Origin: a bacterium
Lineage (GTDB): Bacteria > Patescibacteriota > Minisyncoccia > Phycocordibacterales > UBA6899
Length of the DNA: 32,393 bases
Assembly (NCBI GenBank): GCA_043744555.1
Contig: JAYTUL010000026.1
Location: forward strand, 1-32,393
Direction: 5' to 3'
The stretch's first letter is position 1; every line of letters begins with the position of its first letter. This document shows positions 26,622 to 32,393 of this stretch, in pieces. The notes beneath the pieces are model-generated. The model did no database searches and was not told the DNA's origin. It was given only the letters and a program-made list of their open reading frames with translations. The translations under genes and the position numbers were made by a program.

Positions 26622-26892
26622 TTTCGAATATTTTATTTTTGGGTACTTTTTTAAATTCTTCTAGTAATTTTAAGCGATATAGGTATATTTGATTGCGTGT
26701 TATTGAATCAGAACGAATAAATAGTGTTCCTTTTTTAACATACAACTCTTTATCAAGCAGTGTTACTCCACTAATTTTTTTTATAGAATCTATAATATTA
26801 CTTCTTTCATCCTCAGCAGCAAAAAGTTTTTTACGGTATACCTCGAGATATTGTTGTATGTTTGACAACTGCATAGGGTTATTATTTTTCAA
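26614..26892 (-). CDS. Small protein downstream of dnaN, possibly DciA (DUF721)-like
   Basis: KKGTLFIRSDS..RNQI....KLLEEF....IFEI resembles the DciA core; position after dnaN. Confidence 0.5.
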   Translation of the reverse strand: MKNNNPMQLSNIQQYLEVYRKKLFAAEDERSNIIDSIKKISGVTLLDKELYVKKGTLFIRSDSITRNQIYLYRLKLLEEFKKVPKNKIFEIS

Positions 26893-27024
26893 CCAATATA
26901 TAATCTTCTAAATTTGGATAGATTTATATTTTTTAAAATTAGAACGTTTGAGAAGCTAGGCAAATGCCCTACTTCCAAACTTCTGATGAATAAAAAATTG
27001 AAATGTGTCAAATTTAGAAGATCA

Positions 27025-28125
27025 TCAACTTTTCATAGGCATGATAAGGTAGGTAAAACTCTGATCCCCCACCCCTTTGATCACAAGTGCGCGACCGGCA
27101 CCATTCGCTGACAGCACAACACTATCCACTGATATATATGATAATGCATCCATTAAAAATCGTTGATTTATAAGGAATTGCACTGATTCTCCTTTGAGAG
27201 TCGCATCTATTTGCTGTGATGTTTCTCCTATATCATCATTTCGTGATTCGATCTCAAAAGTTTTTTCTTCGGGGTCGATTTTAATTCTCACTTGTTGGAG
27301 TTTGCCCGAGAAAACTGTGGTGAGTTTTAGTCTGTCGATGAGTTCCTGTCTAAGTACGATTGCCTCAGTGGTAGTTTGTTTAGGAATTATCTGTGTGTAA
27401 TTAGGAAATACACCATCAACCAAACGAGAAGTGATGTGCATGCGCTCTGTAAGGAAAGAAATTTGGTTTTTTGTTGAAGTGACCGTAATACGTTCTGTGA
27501 CACTCTCTAATGCACGAATAATTTCTGTGACATTCTTTCCAGGGATAAGTAGTGAAAGCTCTTGTGGAGCATTTTTGAGCGCTATACGCTTCTCTGCGAG
27601 ACGAGACGAGTCAGATGCAACAACAATAAATAATTGCTCATCAGTATAACAATAAATACTTGCGAATTCAGGTTTGATATCTGATGTTGCGACCGCATAA
27701 TTTGTCGCGCGTAAACCATCGATAAGTAACCGGGACTCTATCTCAAATGTCGTCCCTTTACTGACAAAAGGGAGAGTTGGAAAATCTTCATAACCAAAAC
27801 CTTTAATAAGGGTTGAATATGATGAACCTAAAATAGTGAGGTGTTCACCCACCTGCTCGATAGTAATGTTCTTTTCGTGAGGGAGATTTGAAAGGAAACT
27901 TGCGAGTGTATCAGCAGGGATAGCGATAACTCCTTCTTTTTCAACCCGGGCAGGTATCTCAATCTCGATTCCCATATCCAGATTTGTTGCGCGTAGTTTA
28001 AGGGATTTTTCTCCGGCAATGAAAAGGACGTAGCGAAGTACAGGAAGTGAAAGTTGTTTCCCAGTGAAACGTTCTGCGGTAAGCAATGCATCTTTTAAAT
28101 TAAGTTTTACACATTCAAGCTTCAT
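27025..28125 (-). CDS. dnaN: DNA polymerase III beta sliding clamp
   Basis: LRATNLD, EDFP, ASDSSRLA, SRLVDG.FPNY..IIP, C-terminal LIMPM. Confidence 0.97.
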   Translation of the reverse strand: MKLECVKLNLKDALLTAERFTGKQLSLPVLRYVLFIAGEKSLKLRATNLDMGIEIEIPARVEKEGVIAIPADTLASFLSNLPHEKNITIEQVGEHLTILGSSYSTLIKGFGYEDFPTLPFVSKGTTFEIESRLLIDGLRATNYAVATSDIKPEFASIYCYTDEQLFIVVASDSSRLAEKRIALKNAPQELSLLIPGKNVTEIIRALESVTERITVTSTKNQISFLTERMHITSRLVDGVFPNYTQIIPKQTTTEAIVLRQELIDRLKLTTVFSGKLQQVRIKIDPEEKTFEIESRNDDIGETSQQIDATLKGESVQFLINQRFLMDALSYISVDSVVLSANGAGRALVIKGVGDQSFTYLIMPMKS

Positions 28126-28381
28126 GTTCTATATATAATACTAGTTATATTAATTACGGGTGTGTATATGTGGAGAGAAGAGTTTACACGAACAGGGTAC
28201 TCAGTTCTCATTAAAATATTTCTTGCGTAGATTGTGGAGAATGTTTGAGTTATCCCCACAGATCGTTTTAAAAATATTCTTATACACATCTCACTCACAC
28301 ATCTCATCTGTTTTTATCCCCATCCAATCACTCAACACAACTCACTTCTCAACAGTCTTATCCACAAAAATAAAACACAAA
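28126..28381. other. Replication origin oriC (dnaA-dnaN intergenic)
   Basis: DnaA boxes TTATCCACA 28358-66 and TTATACACA 28280-88; one-mismatch boxes 28233-41, 28250-58, 28314-22; AT-rich trio-like tract 28136-53. Confidence 0.85.
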
Positions 28382-29731
28382 TTAAAACAATGCGCGAATT
28401 TGTTCGATCTCCTGCATCAACAAAGAATCAGATTTAATATCGACCTTAATCTTTTCACATGAATGAATAACTGTCGTATGATCACGTCCTCCTAATTTTT
28501 GACCTATCAGTGGGTAAGAAATATTGAAGTCTTCACGTAGAATATACATCAACACTTGTCTTGGTTTCACTACTTCTTTCCTACGAGTTTTTTCATAAAT
28601 AAAACGCTCGTCGATGTTATAGAATGTGGTCACCGTCTTCACAATATCCTTTATTGATACAGGTTTTGTGGGTTTAGCATTGTTTTTTATCAACGTTTTT
28701 ACCTCATTCAAACTAAGGACTTTGTTTTTTAGTTGTGCTTGGCAAACCACAAGATTCAATGTTCCTTCAAGTTCACGAATGCTTGCTTGAATAGTCTCTG
28801 CGATATGCGCAACGATCTCGTCAGGGATAATTGTTTGTTGTTGTTTGAGTTTCTCTCTTAAAATAGCAAGACGAGACTCATAATCAGGCATTGTGATTTC
28901 AACGATCATTCCTGAACCGAAACGAGATTTCAGTCGATCCTCAAGACCATTGATATAGTTTGGGTGTTTATCTGAAGAAAAAATAATCTGTTTATTGTTT
29001 TCATATAATGCGTTGTAGAGATGGAATAATTCCTCTTGGGTTTTTTCTTTACCCACAAGAAACTGAATATCATCCATGATAAGTACATCATATTTACGAT
29101 ATTTTTCTTTAAAGTCACCAACACGATTATTCTGAAGTGAGTTTACATAATCCGTTGAAAATTTTTCTGAGCTTACGTATTGGATCTTCTTGCTTGGGTT
29201 TTGTTTTTTTACTCCATTTCCTATTGATTGGATCAAATGAGTCTTACCAAATCCAGTTGAACCATAAATGAACAGCGGGTTGTACATGATTCCCGGCTTC
29301 TTAAGTACGGCTTGTGCGGCAGCGTATGCGAGTTCGTTGAATGGTCCAATAACAAATGAGTCAAAGATGTATCTGGGATTCAAACCATCCTCTTTGTTCA
29401 CATAGGTATCATGGAGAGGAAGCTCACCCCCAAAAACAGGAGAAAATTCCTTTTTTTGAGTTTGTTCAGCTTTATCCCCACCGTCATCTTTTGCAATGAT
29501 GTATTCGACACCACGTACCTGATCAGAAAGGTTTCGTAATGTTCTAAGTATTGAGGAATTGTACTTGTTTGCGAGCCAATCTCTCACGAACTCGTTTTGT
29601 ACCCCAATATACACTGTTCCACCATCCTGTTTCACAATACGGGTGTTCTTGAACCATGTACTGAAATTAGCCTTCGAAACCTCCAGCTCAATATCGACCA
29701 TGGTCTTACTCCACAATTCTTTATTATCCAT
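28382..29731 (-). CDS. dnaA: Chromosomal replication initiator DnaA
   Basis: YNPLFIYG..G.GKTHL, DDIQF, RL.SRF, RELEG, GGRDHTTVIH. Confidence 0.98.
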   Translation of the reverse strand: MDNKELWSKTMVDIELEVSKANFSTWFKNTRIVKQDGGTVYIGVQNEFVRDWLANKYNSSILRTLRNLSDQVRGVEYIIAKDDGGDKAEQTQKKEFSPVFGGELPLHDTYVNKEDGLNPRYIFDSFVIGPFNELAYAAAQAVLKKPGIMYNPLFIYGSTGFGKTHLIQSIGNGVKKQNPSKKIQYVSSEKFSTDYVNSLQNNRVGDFKEKYRKYDVLIMDDIQFLVGKEKTQEELFHLYNALYENNKQIIFSSDKHPNYINGLEDRLKSRFGSGMIVEITMPDYESRLAILREKLKQQQTIIPDEIVAHIAETIQASIRELEGTLNLVVCQAQLKNKVLSLNEVKTLIKNNAKPTKPVSIKDIVKTVTTFYNIDERFIYEKTRRKEVVKPRQVLMYILREDFNISYPLIGQKLGGRDHTTVIHSCEKIKVDIKSDSLLMQEIEQIRALF

Positions 29732-29820
29732 AAAAGATCCTCAATGATTACATCAATAACTTACGAACCATTATAGCGAACAAGTGTCTTTGAGAGAAAA
29801 AGTACCAAGTGTTAATAATT

Positions 29821-29840
29821 CGTGTATAAACTGTGGACAA
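29821..29840. promoter_or_regulatory. DnaA boxes upstream of dnaA
   Basis: CGTGTATAA (29821-29) and TGTGGACAA (29832-40), each one mismatch from consensus. Confidence 0.6.
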
Positions 29841-29906
29841 ACATTACACCACACCTATGATATATTCAACATTGAATAATAAAAAAAAATATTTTATACT
29901 GCAAAA

Positions 29907-30050
29907 ATGTCAGTTACATATCAACCAAAGAAACGCAAACGAGCGAAAACCCACGGTTTTCTTGTTCGCAAAAAAACAGCAAGTGGCAAACAAGTATTGA
30001 AGCGACGCATGCAAAAAGGACGAGCTCGTCTTGCTGTGAAAACAAAATAA
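29907..30050 (+). CDS. rpmH: 50S ribosomal protein L34 (not in the ORF track)
   Basis: Manual translation [47 protein letters not shown]; promoter TTGAAT-17-TATACT. Confidence 0.96.
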   Translation: MSVTYQPKKRKRAKTHGFLVRKKTASGKQVLKRRMQKGRARLAVKTK

Positions 30051-30107
30051 GTCTTAATTTACAACACTCTCTCGTTGAGTGTTTTAATGCTACAGTAACG
30101 AATTTTC

Positions 30108-30446
30108 ATGTTTTCTAAAAAACAAAGAATATCCCGTGAGTTGTTTCCAAAATATTCAGATCCTAAAAACACATGGAATGGGGTTTGTGTGCGAATTTGT
30201 TTCTACAAAAGAAAAGATATTAGAACACGATTTTCTGTTGTGGTCTCTAAGAAACAATACAAAACAATTGTTTCAAGAAACTTATTTAAACGCAGGGTGT
30301 TGTGTGTTTTTGAAAAATTTAATGAAAGTACATTGCTAGGCAAGTTTGATAAATACATTATATATCCCAAAAATTCAATAGAAATCATTGAATATAAAAA
30401 TATTCAGGAAGATATTAAAAAATTCATTAAAGAGTGTCTAAATTAG
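30108..30446 (+). CDS. rnpA: Ribonuclease P protein component
   Basis: RFSVVVSKK and SRNLFKRR (divergent RNR motif); synteny between rpmH and yidD. Confidence 0.85.
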   Translation: MFSKKQRISRELFPKYSDPKNTWNGVCVRICFYKRKDIRTRFSVVVSKKQYKTIVSRNLFKRRVLCVFEKFNESTLLGKFDKYIIYPKNSIEIIEYKNIQEDIKKFIKECLN

Positions 30447-30676
30447 CAAATATTTTAATTTTTATTATTCGCTTCTATCAGAGGGTGCTCTCTCCTGATC
30501 AAGGAATAATCCGCTATATATTTAATACACAATCACATTGTGTAATGAGGCCACCATGCTCTGAGTACATGATCGCCTCAATCACAAAATACGGCTCAGT
30601 TATTGGTTTATATAAAGGAATAAAAAGAATTCTGCGTTGCCACCCTTTTCAAAAGAAGCTCATCGACCCCGCTTAA
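30434..30676 (+). CDS. yidD: Membrane protein insertion efficiency factor YidD
   Basis: IRFYQRVLSP, C...P.CSEY, RILRCHPF. Confidence 0.92.
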   Translation: MSKLANILIFIIRFYQRVLSPDQGIIRYIFNTQSHCVMRPPCSEYMIASITKYGSVIGLYKGIKRILRCHPFQKKLIDPA

Positions 30677-30760
30677 TGGTCGTAATTTTCAATAAGTATT
30701 AAGATTTAAGTTTTATTAATGCCCATGGGCTTGGTTATGTGGATATACACCAAAGAAAGC

Positions 30761-30843
30761 GTTGGTTTCCTAAGATAGTAAAGTGCGAAGTTTTTGAGAT
30801 GCCCCACCGATATAAAGCGGAGCGAGGGAGGGAACGGCACTGC
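30761..30843 (-). repeat. Dispersed non-coding element family A, copy 2
   Basis: Reverse complement aligns ungapped with 6746-6828; sits in a ~210-bp gap between yidD and yidC. Confidence 0.75.
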
Positions 30844-30887
30844 AGTGAAAAGCTTCATTTTTGCAAAATAAGTAGATTTCCCATAAT

Positions 30888-31628
30888 ATGGATACATACT
30901 TTATGTTATTAACTTTTTGGCACACAATTATCTATAAGCCACTCTATAATACACTTATATTTTTTATTGGTATTTTACCTGGTCAGAGTGTTGGTGGTGC
31001 AATAATACTACTAACAATAATCGTTAAATTAGCACTATATCCACTCACCGGTAAATCTATAAAAGCACAGCGAGCAATGAAGGAGCTCGAACCAGAACTA
31101 AAACAGATCCGTGAAAAACACAAAGAAGATAAACAACTTCAAGCCAAAAAAACTATGGAGCTTTATCAAGAGCGCGGTGTCACACCATTTTCAGGCTGCT
31201 TACCTCTGTTTATACAAATACCAATAATTATTGGTCTATATTGGGTTTTCAAAGATTTGAAAATAGACGACGCTTTATTCTATGGATTTGTCTCTAAGCC
31301 CACTTCCCTTGATATGCACTTTCTTTTTTTTGACTTAGCGCAAAAAAGTATTATTTTGGCAGGACTATCTGGTATTACGCAATTTATCCAAACCCACCTT
31401 TCATTGGGTAGGCAACCCATCACGACCCCCACAACTGACGGTAAGCCCACTTTTCAAGAAGATTTTGCTAAAAGCATGCAAGTACAAATGCGGTACGTCC
31501 TTCCTGTAATGATCAGTTTTATAGCCTTTAATACCTCAGCCGCAGTTGCACTTTATTGGACGACAAGTAATATACTCAGTATTATACAAGAACTACTTAT
31601 GCGCCGTAAAAAAGCAGGTGCAAAATGA
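30888..31628 (+). CDS. yidC: Membrane protein insertase YidC/Oxa1 (short form)
   Basis: AIILLTIIVK..LYPL, GCLPLFIQIP, ALYWTTSN; no periplasmic domain. Confidence 0.95.
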   Translation: MDTYFMLLTFWHTIIYKPLYNTLIFFIGILPGQSVGGAIILLTIIVKLALYPLTGKSIKAQRAMKELEPELKQIREKHKEDKQLQAKKTMELYQERGVTPFSGCLPLFIQIPIIIGLYWVFKDLKIDDALFYGFVSKPTSLDMHFLFFDLAQKSIILAGLSGITQFIQTHLSLGRQPITTPTTDGKPTFQEDFAKSMQVQMRYVLPVMISFIAFNTSAAVALYWTTSNILSIIQELLMRRKKAGAK

Positions 31629-32131
31629 GCAAAACGACCATGGAACAACAGCAACACATCATCGACACACTTAAAACACTCCTCACCCACCTTGGTGTGG
31701 CTATCAATGATGTCACCATAGAGGCCGATGAACACACAAAATCTCTTCGTTTTCTTATCTCTACTCCCGACTCTACCATTCTCATTGGTGAACACGGCGC
31801 ACGTTTACTTGCCCTTAATCACCTCATGAAGCGAATTGTGGAAAGAAATATAAAGGAAAATGAGCCAATTTCATTCTTTGTTGATGTAAATGACTATCAA
31901 AAAAAGCGCATCGATGAGATCCGTACTAAAGCAAACATTCTCGCTGAACGTGCGCGATATTTTAAGAGCTCAGTTGAGATGGATCCCATGAGTTCTTATG
32001 AACGCATGATAGTGCACGCAGAGTTCACAGAGACTCCTGATATCTCTACGGATTCAACTGGGTTCGGAAAAGAACGTCGAGTTATAATTCGTTACACTGA
32101 AAACAAAACCCTACCCAACCCCCCATTGTAA
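31625..32131 (+). CDS. jag: Jag/KhpB-like KH-R3H RNA-binding protein
   Basis: LIGEHG..L.AL, VDVNDY, PMSSYERMIVH, S.G.G.ERRV; N-terminal Jag domain absent. Confidence 0.88.
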   Translation: MSKTTMEQQQHIIDTLKTLLTHLGVAINDVTIEADEHTKSLRFLISTPDSTILIGEHGARLLALNHLMKRIVERNIKENEPISFFVDVNDYQKKRIDEIRTKANILAERARYFKSSVEMDPMSSYERMIVHAEFTETPDISTDSTGFGKERRVIIRYTENKTLPNPPL

Positions 32132-32133
32132 TC

Positions 32134-32159
32134 AAAAAACCCACTCAAGTGGATTTTTT
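32134..32159 (+). terminator. Intrinsic terminator after jag
   Basis: AAAAAACCCACT-CA-AGTGGATTTTT. Confidence 0.65.
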
Positions 32160-32269
32160 AATGCACTTGCACCATCTTTAAGTAACTCTTCGGCAACAGG
32201 CTTGCGCCCGCCTGCTGGCTTTGAAAGCGACCTAAATTTTAATGACCGAAGGGTGAGGTGTGGGCAAGT

Positions 32270-32377
32270 GACCCAGAGCGCAAGACTCATTGAGTGCTTT
32301 TGTAAAAAGATCCAATGAGTGGACAGCTCCTGTAAGGAGATAAAATTGGAAGTGCACTGGAATTCCTATTCCATGGG
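32270..32377 (+). repeat. Dispersed structured element family B, copy 2
   Basis: GACCCA..CGCAAGAC-[hairpin]-GTGGACAGCTCCTGTAAGGAG..GGAAG-N6-GGAA..ATTC.ATGGG. Confidence 0.75.
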
Positions 32378-32393
32378 CCGATCTAATTTTCTT

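Noticed and set aside
30706-30897. 63-aa minus-strand ORF as a conserved peptide shared with 6746-6828
   Set aside because: The other copy has no in-frame ATG nearby and substitutions are not concentrated at third codon positions.
421-32131. Alternative genetic code 25 (TGA = Gly)
   Set aside because: Conserved genes are full length under code 11 and several end correctly at TGA (kinase, polA, dnaN, yidC).

Overview
Chromosomal segment spanning the replication origin of a small-genome bacterium. Patescibacteria/CPR (Parcubacteria-like) is inferred from a short YidC, shortened YebC/HolA/PolA, a stand-alone PilB and scarce Shine-Dalgarno sites; TGA is used as stop. Core content: tRNA-Lys(UUU), gmk, holA-like, polA, tsaE, pilB, ruvB-yebC-ruvC, tyrS, a class A PBP, dnaN-oriC-dnaA and rpmH-rnpA-yidD-yidC-jag. 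Accessory content: a block after the tRNA, including an apparently all-cytoplasmic signalling cluster (signal-peptide-less solute-binding protein, YbhB/PEBP, GAF-GAF-PAS histidine kinase, single-domain receiver), and an AbiEi/AbiEii type IV toxin-antitoxin pair whose toxin carries a long C-terminal extension. The intergenic DNA is unusually structured: two dispersed non-coding element families each present twice (one with compensatory stem changes), two promoter-to-terminator units without a convincing ORF (candidate sRNAs), an anti-tRNA palindromic element, and many -10 boxes 6-7 nt from start codons (leaderless architecture). No integrase, transposase, cas gene or demonstrable CRISPR array was seen. 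All calls come from manual motif reading; no searches were run.
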